This document shows, piece after piece, positions 7,752 to 15,850 of a stretch of DNA of 24,000 bases (its first letter is position 1; every line of letters begins with the position of its first letter). Below the pieces are notes generated by a model. It worked only from the letters and a program-made list of their open reading frames with translations, was not told the origin of the DNA and ran no database searches. A program made the translations under genes and the position numbers. Origin of the DNA: Inquilinus sp. (GTDB taxonomy: Bacteria > Pseudomonadota > Alphaproteobacteria > DSM-16000 > Inquilinaceae); the NCBI RefSeq assembly GCF_039594555.1, contig NZ_JBCNNF010000006.1, forward strand, positions 20,589 through 44,588, read 5' to 3'.

Positions 7752-9371
7752 ATGAAGACCTGGGACGTCATCGTCGTCGGGGCCGGGCACAACGGCCTGG
7801 TGGCGGCGGGCTACCTGGCCCGGGCCGGGCTTGAGGTGCTGGTGGTGGAGAAGAACGACTGGGTCGGCGGCGCGGCCGTCAGCCGGTCGCTGCATCCCGG
7901 CATCCTCTATTCCAACTGCTCCTATGTCTGCAGCCTGCTGCGGCCGGAGATCATGCGCGACCTGGAGCTGCCGCGGCACGGGCTGCAGGTCATCCCCTAT
8001 GAGGGCGGCGCCGTGTTCACCCGCGACGGCGACGCGCTGGCGACCTATCGCCAGCACGACGCCCACCGGCGCGAGATCCAGCGCTTCTCGCTGCGCGACG
8101 CCGAGGCCTATGACCGCTACTCGGCCGACGTCACCCGGCAATGCCGCTTCATCCGGCCGCTGCTGCTGCGCACGCCGCCGGACCCGGCGTCGCTGCGGCC
8201 GCGCGATTTGCAGGAGATGCTGTATCTCGGCCGCAGGTTCCACGGCCTGACTGAGACCGAGATGGCCGACACCATCCGGTTCTGGACCATGAGCATCGCC
8301 GAGTTTCTGGACGAGTATTTCGAGAGCGAGGTGGTGAAGGCCGGCTTCGCCCTGTCCGGCATCATCGGCACCGCGCTCGGCCCGTGCTCGCCCGGCTCGG
8401 CCTATGTGCTGCTGCACCACTACATGGGCGATGTCGACGGCGCCACCGGGGCCTGGGGCTTCGCCCGCGGCGGCATGGGCGCCATCACCCAGGCCATGGC
8501 CGGGTCGCTGCGGGCGGCGAAGGGCGAGATCCGCACCGGCGCCGCGGTCGAGCGCATCCTGGTCGAGAACGGCAGGGCCGCCGGGGTGGTGCTGGCGGGC
8601 GGCGAGGAGATCCGCGCCCGGCAGGTCGTCTCCAACCTCGACGTCAAGCGCACCTTCCTGACCTTGCTGGAAGAGCGGGAGCTGCCGGCGCCCTTCGTCA
8701 AGCGCGTCCGCGCCTTCAAGATCCGCGGCTCCTCCGGCAAGGTGAACATCGCGCTGGACGCCCTGCCCCGCTTCCCGGCCCTGCCGGAGGGGTCGCCCTG
8801 CCTGCGCGGCGACATTCACTTCACCGACAGCGTCGAGCGAATGGAGCGCGGCTATGACGACTGGAAGGCCGGGCGATGGTCGGCCGACCCGTTCCTGGAC
8901 ATGATGATCCCGACCACGCTGGACCCGACCATGGCGCCGCCGGGGAAGCACTTCATGAGCTGCTTCGTCCAGTACTGCCCGCCCAGGGTCGAGGGCCGCG
9001 ACTGGACCGATGCCGACCGCGACGCCTTCGGCCAGACCGTGATCGACCAGATCGCCGACTATTCGCCCGGCTTCCGCGACCTGATCCTGCATGCCGAGAT
9101 CCGCACCCCGCGCGAACTGGAGGCCGAGGTCGGCCTGACCGAGGGCAACATCTTCCAGGGCGAGCTGACCTTCGACCAGATCCTGTTCAACCGGCCGGTG
9201 CCCGGCTACGCCCAGTACCGATCGCCGGTGGCGGGGCTGTACATGTGCGGCTCTTCCACCCATCCGGGCGGCGGGGTGATGGGGGCGCCGGGCCGCAACG
9301 CGGCGGCGGAGGTCCTGCGCGACCTGAAGCGCCGGCCCGCGGTGATGAGCGACGCCTATGACGTCCTTTGA
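7752..9371 (+). CDS. NAD(P)/FAD-dependent oxidoreductase, phytoene desaturase (CrtI)/amine-oxidase fold, paralog 1
   Basis: 539 aa. N-terminal dinucleotide fold DVIVVGAGHNGLVAAGYLARAGLEVLVVEKNDWVGG. C-terminal GLYMCGSSTHPGGGVMGAPGRNAA. Confidence 0.88.
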   Translation: MKTWDVIVVGAGHNGLVAAGYLARAGLEVLVVEKNDWVGGAAVSRSLHPGILYSNCSYVCSLLRPEIMRDLELPRHGLQVIPYEGGAVFTRDGDALATYRQHDAHRREIQRFSLRDAEAYDRYSADVTRQCRFIRPLLLRTPPDPASLRPRDLQEMLYLGRRFHGLTETEMADTIRFWTMSIAEFLDEYFESEVVKAGFALSGIIGTALGPCSPGSAYVLLHHYMGDVDGATGAWGFARGGMGAITQAMAGSLRAAKGEIRTGAAVERILVENGRAAGVVLAGGEEIRARQVVSNLDVKRTFLTLLEERELPAPFVKRVRAFKIRGSSGKVNIALDALPRFPALPEGSPCLRGDIHFTDSVERMERGYDDWKAGRWSADPFLDMMIPTTLDPTMAPPGKHFMSCFVQYCPPRVEGRDWTDADRDAFGQTVIDQIADYSPGFRDLILHAEIRTPRELEAEVGLTEGNIFQGELTFDQILFNRPVPGYAQYRSPVAGLYMCGSSTHPGGGVMGAPGRNAAAEVLRDLKRRPAVMSDAYDVL

Positions 9372-10914
9372 CGCCATCGTCATCGGCGGCGGCCATAACG
9401 GCCTGGTCTGCGCCGCGCTGCTGGCCAGGAAGGGCCGCAAGGTGGTGCTGCTGGAGGCGGCCGGGGAGGTCGGCGGCGCCGCCCGGACGGTGGAGTTCGC
9501 ACCGGGCTTCCGCGTCTCCCATGTCGCGCATGTGCTGAACCAGCTGCATCCGGAGGTGATCAAGGCACTGGACCTGAAGCGGCACGGCCTGGCGCTGGCG
9601 GCGAGCACCATCCCGACCACGGCACTGGCGGCGGACGGCCGGCACCTGACGCTGCACGGCGCCTTCGGCGAGCGGCTCGCGGGCAGGCTGCCGGCCGGCG
9701 AGCCCGAGGCCTGGGCCGCGCTGCGCGCCCGGCTGCTGCGCTTCGCCGGCGCGCTGCAGCCGTTCCTGACCCAGGTGCCGCCCCGGCTGCGCGGCGGCGG
9801 GCGCGGCGACGCGCTGGCGCTGGGCAAGCTCGGCTGGGCGATCCGCCGGCTGGGCCGCGAGGAGATGCGCGAATTCCTGCGCATGATCCTGATGGACGTG
9901 GCCGACGTGCTGGAGGAGGAGCTGTCGGATCCACGGCTGATGGGCACCGTCGCCTTCGATGCGGTGCTGGGCACCCATCTCGGCCCCCGCTCCCCGACCT
10001 CGCTGCTGGCGCTGCTGCACCGGCTGGCCGGGCAGGCGGACGGCGTGCCGGCGGCGCTGGCCCTGCCCAGGGGCGGCATGGGCACGATCGCCGCCGCCAT
10101 CGCCGCCGCGGCCCGGGCCGCAGGCGTCGAGATCCGCACCGATGCGCCGGTGGCGAAGATCCTGGTCGAGGAGGACCGCGCCGTCGGCGTCATTTCGGCG
10201 GAGGGGGCGGAGATCCGGGCCCCGGTCGTCGTCTCCGGCGCCAATCCGCGCACCACGTTTCTCGACCTGCTCGGCCCGCGGGCGCTCGATGCCGGCTTCG
10301 TCCGCCGCATCGGCCATGTCCGCATGCGCGGCAACGCCGCCAAGCTGCACCTGGCGCTGGACGGGCTGCCGGAGGGGCTGGACCCGACGCTGCTGGCCGG
10401 GCGGCTGGTGGTGGCGCCGGGCATCGACGCGGTCGAGGCCGCGTTCAATCCCGCGAAATACGGCGAGGCCTCGCCCGAGCCGGTGCTGGAGGCGGTGATC
10501 CCGTCCCTGACCGACCCGGCGCTGGCCCCGGCCGGCAAGCATGTCATGTCGATCGTCGCACAATACGCCCCGGCCGGGCTGCAGGGCGGCTGGGAGGCCG
10601 GCGGCCCCGCCTTCCGCGACCGCATCCTGGCCGTGCTGGAGCGGCACCTGCCCGGCCTGTCGGCGCGGGTGCTGGCGGCGGAGCTGCTGACCCCGGCCGA
10701 CCTGGAGGCCCGCTACCGCATACCCGGCGGCCATTGGCACCATGGCGAGTTGGCGGTCGACCAGCTGATGATGCTGCGCCCGGTGCATGGCGCCGGCCAG
10801 TACGCGACGCCGGTGCCGGGCCTGTATCTCTGCGGCGCCGGCAGCCATCCCGGCGGCGGGGTGATGGGCGCCGCCGGCCTGAACGCCGCGCGCCGGATCC
10901 TGGCGGGAGGGTGA
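9358..10914 (+). CDS. NAD(P)/FAD-dependent oxidoreductase, CrtI/amine-oxidase fold, paralog 2
   Basis: 518 aa. DAIVIGGGHNGLVCAALLARKGRKVVLLEAAGEVGG and C-terminal GLYLCGAGSHPGGGVMGAAGLNAA. Its start overlaps the upstream paralog by 14 nt. Confidence 0.88.
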   Translation: MTSFDAIVIGGGHNGLVCAALLARKGRKVVLLEAAGEVGGAARTVEFAPGFRVSHVAHVLNQLHPEVIKALDLKRHGLALAASTIPTTALAADGRHLTLHGAFGERLAGRLPAGEPEAWAALRARLLRFAGALQPFLTQVPPRLRGGGRGDALALGKLGWAIRRLGREEMREFLRMILMDVADVLEEELSDPRLMGTVAFDAVLGTHLGPRSPTSLLALLHRLAGQADGVPAALALPRGGMGTIAAAIAAAARAAGVEIRTDAPVAKILVEEDRAVGVISAEGAEIRAPVVVSGANPRTTFLDLLGPRALDAGFVRRIGHVRMRGNAAKLHLALDGLPEGLDPTLLAGRLVVAPGIDAVEAAFNPAKYGEASPEPVLEAVIPSLTDPALAPAGKHVMSIVAQYAPAGLQGGWEAGGPAFRDRILAVLERHLPGLSARVLAAELLTPADLEARYRIPGGHWHHGELAVDQLMMLRPVHGAGQYATPVPGLYLCGAGSHPGGGVMGAAGLNAARRILAGG

Positions 10915-10960
10915 GATGGGTGAGATGAGGGCCTTTGCCAAACGCGCGCCCTTGCTCTTT

Positions 10961-11004
10961 GAGTCCCCCCTCCCCCTGCGGGAGGGGGGTAGGGGGAGGG
11001 GGTT
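10961..11004. repeat. Family A single arm F3 (core 10963-11004)
   Basis: GAGTCCCCCCTCCCCCTGCGGGAGGGGGGTAGGGGGAGGGGGTT, located 22 bp from the DUF559 stop codon. Confidence 0.95.
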
Positions 11005-11026
11005 CTCGACGCACGAGCCAGCCCCA

Positions 11027-11368
11027 CTAGGTCTCACTTTCCCGGGTCAGCACGGCCGCGATCGTCTGCACGACACCGGCAAGCTCACTCATGACCTGCT
11101 CGTTGGAGAAGCGCACGACGCGGAAGCCCTGGTTTTCCAGCCAGCGCGTTCTCCGGGCGTCGGCGTCAAAGGTCAGCTCATGCGACGGCCCATCGATCTC
11201 GATCACCAAATGCTCCGAGAGGCAGACGAAATCCACGATGTAAGGGCCGAGACGGTATTGGCGCCGGAAACGGAGGCCGCCGACACGCTTGTCTCGCAAC
11301 TGGTGCCACAGCAGCAGCTCGGCTTCGGTCTGGTTCTGCCGCAGGAACTGAACACGTGGATCGGCCAT
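11027..11368 (-). CDS. DUF559 endonuclease-domain protein (Vsr-like, PD-(D/E)xK superfamily)
   Basis: ORF 11027..11461 trimmed to the ATG at 11368; the first 31 codons of the long ORF are only a translation of repeat arm R4. MADPRVQFLRQNQTEAELLLWHQLRDKRVGGLRFRRQYRLGPYIVDFVCLSEHLVIEIDGPSHE...RWLENQGFRVVRFSNEQV is the typical DUF559 pattern. GAGG lies about 10 nt upstream. Hand count gives 213/342 = 62% G+C. Confidence 0.85.
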   Translation of the reverse strand: MADPRVQFLRQNQTEAELLLWHQLRDKRVGGLRFRRQYRLGPYIVDFVCLSEHLVIEIDGPSHELTFDADARRTRWLENQGFRVVRFSNEQVMSELAGVVQTIAAVLTRESET

Positions 11369-11385
11369 CGGCCTGCTGCCTCGAA

Positions 11386-11517
11386 AACCCCCTCCCCCTA
11401 CCCCCCTCCCGCGAGGGGAGGGGGGACTGGAGCGGTGCAGGTTGAAGGAATGCTCTCCCAACCCGAACAGACAGAGTCCCCCCTCCCCTCGCGGGAGGGG
11501 GCCAGGGGGAGGGGGTT
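11386..11517. repeat. Family A composite, R-spB-F architecture (arm R4 11386-11427, spacer 11428-11475, arm F4 11476-11517)
   Basis: Both arms are 42 nt. The spacer resembles the spacer at 2650-2695 (TGCA..G..TGA..G.AT..CTCTCC(C)AACC(C)G.....AC). R4 starts 17 bp upstream of the DUF559 ATG. F4 ends 31 bp before the GcvT-like start. Confidence 0.95.
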
Positions 11518-11548
11518 CTCACCGCTGGGCAGGGACGGGGCCTGAGCC

Positions 11549-12757
11549 ATGCGACGCCCCCTGCCCCGCGACCATTTCCGCCGCCCACTGCTGCAGACGC
11601 CGTTCCACCCGCGCCTGGCGGCGCTGATGCAGGCCGAGGACTGGTATAATTGGGGCGGCTATGTCTCCGCCCGCACCCTCCGGGACGCCGAGCAGGAATA
11701 CTTCGCCATCCGCAACGCCGCGTCGCTGTTCGACCTGACGCCGATGGTGAAGTACCGCATCGCCGGGCCGGAGGCCGAGGCGTTCCTGGACCGGCTGACC
11801 GTGCGCGACGTCTCGAAGCTCGCCGTCGGCCGGGTGCACTACACCTGCTGGTGCGACGACGAGGGCCATGTGCTGGATGACGGCACGCTGTTCCGCCTGG
11901 GCGCCGCCGAGTTCCGGCTGTGCTGCCAGGAGCGGCACCTGAACTGGCTCCTGGACTCCGCCATCGGTTTCGAAGTCGAGGTCGCCGAGGAGACCGAGCA
12001 GGTGGCCGCCCTGGCGCTGCAGGGCCCGACCAGCCGGGCGCTGCTGACCCGCGCCGGCTTCGACGGCATCGAGACGCTGAAGCCCTTCCAGATCCGCGAC
12101 TTTCACCTGGATGAGGGCCGGGTCACCGTGTCCCGCACCGGCTTCGCCGGCGACCTGGGCTACGAGCTGTTCGCCGAGCCTGAGGCGGCGCTGCCGCTGT
12201 GGGACCGGCTGTGGGCGGCCGGCCCCTGGCACGGGCTGCAGGCGATCGGCTTCGCGGCGCTGGACCTGGCGCGGCTGGAGGCCGGCTTCATCATCGCCAA
12301 CAGCGACTTCGTCACCGCCGAGACCGCGATCCGCGTCGACCGCCGCCGCACGCCGGACGAGATCGGCCTGGGCTGGCTGGTGGACGAGAAGAAGGCCGCC
12401 TACTGGACCGGCAAGCGCGCCATCCTGGCCCAGCGCCGCGACCGGTCGGCCCGCTGGTGCCTGGTCGGGCTGGACATCGACGGCAATGTCCCGGCCGACC
12501 ATGCCATCGTCTACCACAAGGGCAAGGTTGAGGCCGGGCAGATCACCGCCGCCGCCTGGTCGCCCTCGGCCAAGCGCAACATCGCCCTGGCCTCGCTGCG
12601 CCGGCCCTATGGCGACACGGTGAAGGAGGATCTCTGGGTCGAGATCTACGCCCTGCGCGAGCTGGTCTACCACAAGCTGATGGTACGGGCCCGGGTGGTG
12701 GACCGGCCCTTCTACGACCCGCCGCGGCGCCGGGCCACGCCGCCGGCCGAGGTCTGA
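11549..12757 (+). CDS. Aminomethyltransferase (GcvT) family, folate-binding protein, stand-alone
   Basis: 402 aa. FDLTPMVKYRIAGPEAEAFLDRL, YTCWCDDEGHVLDDGTLFRL, VSRTGFAGDLGYELF, LDLARLEAG. Confidence 0.88.
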   Translation: MRRPLPRDHFRRPLLQTPFHPRLAALMQAEDWYNWGGYVSARTLRDAEQEYFAIRNAASLFDLTPMVKYRIAGPEAEAFLDRLTVRDVSKLAVGRVHYTCWCDDEGHVLDDGTLFRLGAAEFRLCCQERHLNWLLDSAIGFEVEVAEETEQVAALALQGPTSRALLTRAGFDGIETLKPFQIRDFHLDEGRVTVSRTGFAGDLGYELFAEPEAALPLWDRLWAAGPWHGLQAIGFAALDLARLEAGFIIANSDFVTAETAIRVDRRRTPDEIGLGWLVDEKKAAYWTGKRAILAQRRDRSARWCLVGLDIDGNVPADHAIVYHKGKVEAGQITAAAWSPSAKRNIALASLRRPYGDTVKEDLWVEIYALRELVYHKLMVRARVVDRPFYDPPRRRATPPAEV

Positions 12758-12758
12758 G

Positions 12759-14819
12759 ATGGGCCACCGGCTGGACCCGCTGCTGCGCCCCCGCTCGATC
12801 GCGGTGGTCGGCGCCAGCGCGCGGCCCGGCTCGGTCGGCGCGGTGATGCTGCGGCAGCTGGTCGAGGGCGGCTTCCCCGGCCCGGTGCATCCGGTCAATC
12901 CGAAGGGCGGGACGCTGCAGGGCCTGCCCTGCCTGCCCGCGATTGCCGACCTGCCCGAGCCGGTGGAGCACGCCGCCTTCTGCCTGGGCGACGAGACCAT
13001 CGCCGAAGCCTTCGCCGCGGTGCTGCGGCATGGGGTGAAGGCCGCGACCATCGTCGCCCCGCTGGCCGATCCGGCCCTGCGCGACCGCATCCGGGCGATG
13101 GCGCTGGAGGCCGGCGTCGTGCTGTGCGGCGGCAACGGCATGGGCTTCTACAACTTCACCGGCCGGGTCCGGCTGTGCGGCTTCGCCACCCGGCCGGACC
13201 ATGTCCCCGGCGGCGCCGTGCTGCTGACCCATTCCGGGTCGCTGTTCACCGCCCTGGTCGATGCCGAGGCGCGGATCGACTACGCCCTCGCCGTCTCCTC
13301 CGGCCAGGAGCTGACCACCACTTTGGCCGATTATCTCGACTTCGCCCTGGACCAGCCGGAGACCCGCGTGGTCGGGCTGTTCCTGGAGGCGGCGCGGGAC
13401 CCGGAGCGCTTCGTCGCAGCGTTGGCGAAAGCGCAGGCGCGCAACATCCCGGTGGTGGCGCTGAAGGTCGGCCGGACACGGGAGAGCGCGGCGCTGGCGC
13501 TGAGCCATTCCGGCGCCATCGCCGGCGACTACGCCGTCTATGACGCGCTGTTCGAGCGCTTTGCCGTCGGCCAGGTCCGGTCGGTGGATGAGCTGGCGGC
13601 GGCGATGATGCTGCTGCCGGTGGCCGCGGATCTCGGCCCCGGCGGCCTGGCCAGCACCCATGACAGCGGCGGCGAGCGCGGGCTGATGGTCGACCTGGCG
13701 GCCGAGGCCGGGGTGCGCTTCGCCAGCCTGTCGCCGGAGACGGTGGTCCGGCTGGAGGCGACGCTGGATCCCGGCCTGCCGCCGGTCAACCCGCTGGACC
13801 ATTGGGGCACCGGCCGCAACCACCCGGCCGATTTCGAGGCCTGCGTCCAGGCGCTGATGGCCGACCCGGACACCGCCCTGGGCGCGCTGGCGCTGGACCG
13901 CTCGGTCGGCGGCCAGGTGACACCGCTGTATCTCGAGGTGGCGCGCCGGGCCCGGGCGGCCAGCGGCAAGCCGGTGGTCATCGTCTCGAACCACCAGGGC
14001 AGCGGCGGCGACCCGGCGGCCGTGGCCTCGACCCGCGCCGGCGTGCCGGTGCTGGACGGGGTGCCGGCGGTCCTGCGGGCCTGCCGCATCGCCTTCGATC
14101 GGCGCGACGCCGCTGCCCGGCCGCCGATGCGCCCGCCGCCGGCCCCGGAGGCGGCGGTGCGGCGCTGGCGGGCGCAGCTGGCCGACGGGCACCCCGTCAC
14201 CGAGGCCGAGGCTTTGCGCCTGCTGGCCGATTTCGGCCTGACCGTGACGCCCTGCGCCATGGCCAAGGACGAGTCCGAAGCGGTCGAGGCGGCGATGCGG
14301 ATCGGCTTCCCGGTGGCGCTGAAGACCGCCGGCACGGCGCATAAGAGCGATGTCGACGGGGTGCGGCTGAACCTGGCTGACCCTGTGGCGCTGCGCCAGG
14401 CCCATCGCGACCTGGCGGTGCGGCTGGGCCCGCGCGTGCTGGTGGCGCGGATGGTCCGGGACAAGGGCGTGGAGATGATGCTGGGGCTGCAGCGCGACCC
14501 GGATTTCGGGCCGGTGGTGGTGATCGGCTTCGGCGGCATCCATGCCGAGATCCTGCGGGACGCCGCCTTCGCCCTGCCGCCCTTCGACGCCGCCGAGGCG
14601 CGGCGGCTGATCGACCGGCTGCGGCTGCGCCCGCTGCTGGACGGCGCCCGCGGCGCCCCGGCCGCCGACATCGATGCCCTGGCCGCGGCGGCCGCCCGCT
14701 TCTCCGCCCTTGCCGCGGCGCTGGGCGACCTGGTCGAGGCGATCGACGTCAACCCGGTCCTGGCCCTGCCGCGCGGCGCCGTCGCCGTCGACGCGCTGGT
14801 CGTGGGGCGGCGCGGATGA
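12759..14819 (+). CDS. Acetate--CoA ligase family protein (ADP-forming acyl-CoA synthetase: CoA-binding, succinyl-CoA-synthetase-like and ATP-grasp domains)
   Basis: 686 aa. N-terminal RSIAVVGASARPGSVG (CoA-binding). C-terminal ATP-grasp GFPVALKTAGTAHKSDVDGVRLNL. The ATG lies 1 nt after the upstream TGA. Confidence 0.85.
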   Translation: MGHRLDPLLRPRSIAVVGASARPGSVGAVMLRQLVEGGFPGPVHPVNPKGGTLQGLPCLPAIADLPEPVEHAAFCLGDETIAEAFAAVLRHGVKAATIVAPLADPALRDRIRAMALEAGVVLCGGNGMGFYNFTGRVRLCGFATRPDHVPGGAVLLTHSGSLFTALVDAEARIDYALAVSSGQELTTTLADYLDFALDQPETRVVGLFLEAARDPERFVAALAKAQARNIPVVALKVGRTRESAALALSHSGAIAGDYAVYDALFERFAVGQVRSVDELAAAMMLLPVAADLGPGGLASTHDSGGERGLMVDLAAEAGVRFASLSPETVVRLEATLDPGLPPVNPLDHWGTGRNHPADFEACVQALMADPDTALGALALDRSVGGQVTPLYLEVARRARAASGKPVVIVSNHQGSGGDPAAVASTRAGVPVLDGVPAVLRACRIAFDRRDAAARPPMRPPPAPEAAVRRWRAQLADGHPVTEAEALRLLADFGLTVTPCAMAKDESEAVEAAMRIGFPVALKTAGTAHKSDVDGVRLNLADPVALRQAHRDLAVRLGPRVLVARMVRDKGVEMMLGLQRDPDFGPVVVIGFGGIHAEILRDAAFALPPFDAAEARRLIDRLRLRPLLDGARGAPAADIDALAAAAARFSALAAALGDLVEAIDVNPVLALPRGAVAVDALVVGRRG

Positions 14820-14910
14820 CTTTGGATCCGGTCACGCCAAGCTGATCGCACGGGCAGCGAATTATTGCCTCTCTGCCTGCGAGGTCTGTTCGCAACGTCC
14901 GCTTCTCACC

Positions 14911-14996
14911 GTCATTGCGAGGAGGCGAAGCCGACGAAGCAATCCATGCCTCCGCTCTTGTGGCCCGATGGATTGCTTCGCTGCGCTCGCAATGAC
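14911..14996. repeat. Family C palindromic repeat (arm 1 14911-14945, arm 2 14970-14996)
   Basis: GTCATTGCGAGGAGGCGAAGCCGACGAAGCAATCC ... GGATTGCTTCGCTGCGCTCGCAATGAC. Its translations (RHCEEAKPTKQS / LRCARNDG) belong to the widespread alphaproteobacterial intergenic repeat type. It lies in a convergent intergenic gap. Confidence 0.85.
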
Positions 14997-15026
14997 GGTG
15001 TTGGAACTCTGGAAGGAATGCGCGCC

Positions 15027-15506
15027 TCAGGCAGTCTGCTCGGCCATTTCCGCAAACGCCCGCAGGACGCCGGTCCAGCCGCCATCGGAGTCGAGCGAGC
15101 GGCGCGCCGCCTCCTCGGCCTCACCGAATTTCTCGATGTCCCGGTGCTCGAGCTCGACCCGCGTGACCGTCTCGGATTCGGGCAGGAACAGGATTTCCAG
15201 CGCGGTCTCGAAACCGGGGTCGAAGCGCCATTCGCCTGTCAACTGCCAGGCCAGCAGCACGCGACCCGGCGGCTCCCAGGACAGCACCCGGCCCCAGTCG
15301 CATTCGCTGCCGTCGACCGCGCGCTCATACCAGCGGCCGCCGGCCCGCGGCTCCATCACCACATCGGCGCGCGGCGCCTTCAGCAGGCTGTGCGAGGGCG
15401 GCCACCATCGGCCCATGCCGGCGGTGAAGACGTCGAAGGCCTTCTGCTGGCCGGCCTTGATGCTCAGGCTCTTGCGAACCGGCGCCGGCTTGATGCCCAA
15501 GGTCAT
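15027..15506 (-). CDS. SRPBCC family protein (Aha1/AHSA1-like domain)
   Basis: 159 aa. Typical pattern ...IKAGQQKAFDVFT...W.P.......(R)GGRWYE...G...DWGRVLSWEPP.RL...W. A 4-nt ATGA overlap with the upstream ArsR gene is the classic ArsR-SRPBCC pairing. Confidence 0.8.
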   Translation of the reverse strand: MTLGIKPAPVRKSLSIKAGQQKAFDVFTAGMGRWWPPSHSLLKAPRADVVMEPRAGGRWYERAVDGSECDWGRVLSWEPPGRVLLAWQLTGEWRFDPGFETALEILFLPESETVTRVELEHRDIEKFGEAEEAARRSLDSDGGWTGVLRAFAEMAEQTA

Positions 15507-15811
15507 GGATCCTCCCGTTCGGCTGCCGCCCTGAATGCCTCCAGGGCGCTGTCCCAGAACTGGTCGAGCCAGGCACGCAACGGCCCCAGCCCGGCAGGGT
15601 CGATCTGGTAGACCCGTCGTGTGCCGTCGGCCCGGTCCAGCACCAGTCCGGCGGCTTTGAGGACGGCGAGATGCTGCGACACCGCCGGCCGGCTAACCGG
15701 CAGGCCGCTCGCCAGCTCGCCCACCGCCTGCGGCCCCCGCGCCAGCCGCTCGAACACGATCCGGCGGGTGGGATCGGCCAGCGCGGCGAGCGCTCTTTCT
15801 TCGTTAGCCAT
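15503..15811 (-). CDS. ArsR/SmtB family transcriptional regulator
   Basis: 102 aa. LADPTRRIVFERLARGPQAVGELASGLPVSRPAVSQHLAVLKAAGLV is a winged HTH. Confidence 0.88.
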   Translation of the reverse strand: MANEERALAALADPTRRIVFERLARGPQAVGELASGLPVSRPAVSQHLAVLKAAGLVLDRADGTRRVYQIDPAGLGPLRAWLDQFWDSALEAFRAAAEREDP

Positions 15812-15835
15812 GGCTTACGGTAAGCCTATGCTTAC
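15806..15835. promoter_or_regulatory. Candidate ArsR operator overlapping or abutting the arsR start codon
   Basis: Perfect palindrome GGCTTACGGTAAGCC (15812-15826) lies directly next to the ATG (15811-15809). An overlapping palindrome AGCCATGGCT (15806-15815) and a third GCTTAC half-site (15830-15835) are also present. Confidence 0.4.
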
Positions 15836-15850
15836 ACAGAGTCAACCCGC

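Larger units (their letters stand above)
10961..11517. mobile_element. Candidate repeat-bounded DUF559 cassette (F3 - DUF559 gene - R4 - spB - F4). Mobility is not demonstrated.
   Basis: Inverted 42-nt arms bracket a single small, lower-GC nuclease gene on the opposite strand to both neighbouring + strand genes. No transposase or integrase is present and no target-site duplication was recognised. Confidence 0.35.

Noticed and set aside
10955-11435. Target-site duplications flanking the F...R units, which would support transposition.
   Set aside because: The flanks (ttGA|GTCC...GGAC|TGga, ccTC|GTCC...GGAC|TCag, gaGA|GTCC...GGAC|TCca) are better explained as a 2-nt extension of the inverted repeat. 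No consistent direct duplication was seen by eye.
11369-11461. N-terminal extensions of ORFs in the track: DUF559 to 11461, TetR to 6100, potH to 1523, soxB from 15880, DUF1697 to 23960, hydrolase from the TTG at 22291.
   Set aside because: The extensions translate repeat arms or AT-rich operator DNA and lack homology-like sequence. Internal starts give canonical family N-termini and have RBS-like purine tracts or overlap the upstream stop.
10916-11545. ORFs whose products contain PLPSREG(A/G)RGRGF, PPSPRGRG.GGGG or PPPLAGGG peptides (for example 10916..11545, 2298..2681, 2491..2688, 7537..7755, 11178..11588), which could be read as a repeated protein motif.
   Set aside because: They are simply the family A arms translated in different frames and on different strands. 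They overlap real genes or each other and show no independent coding evidence. The only translated copy I accept is the one inside soxA.
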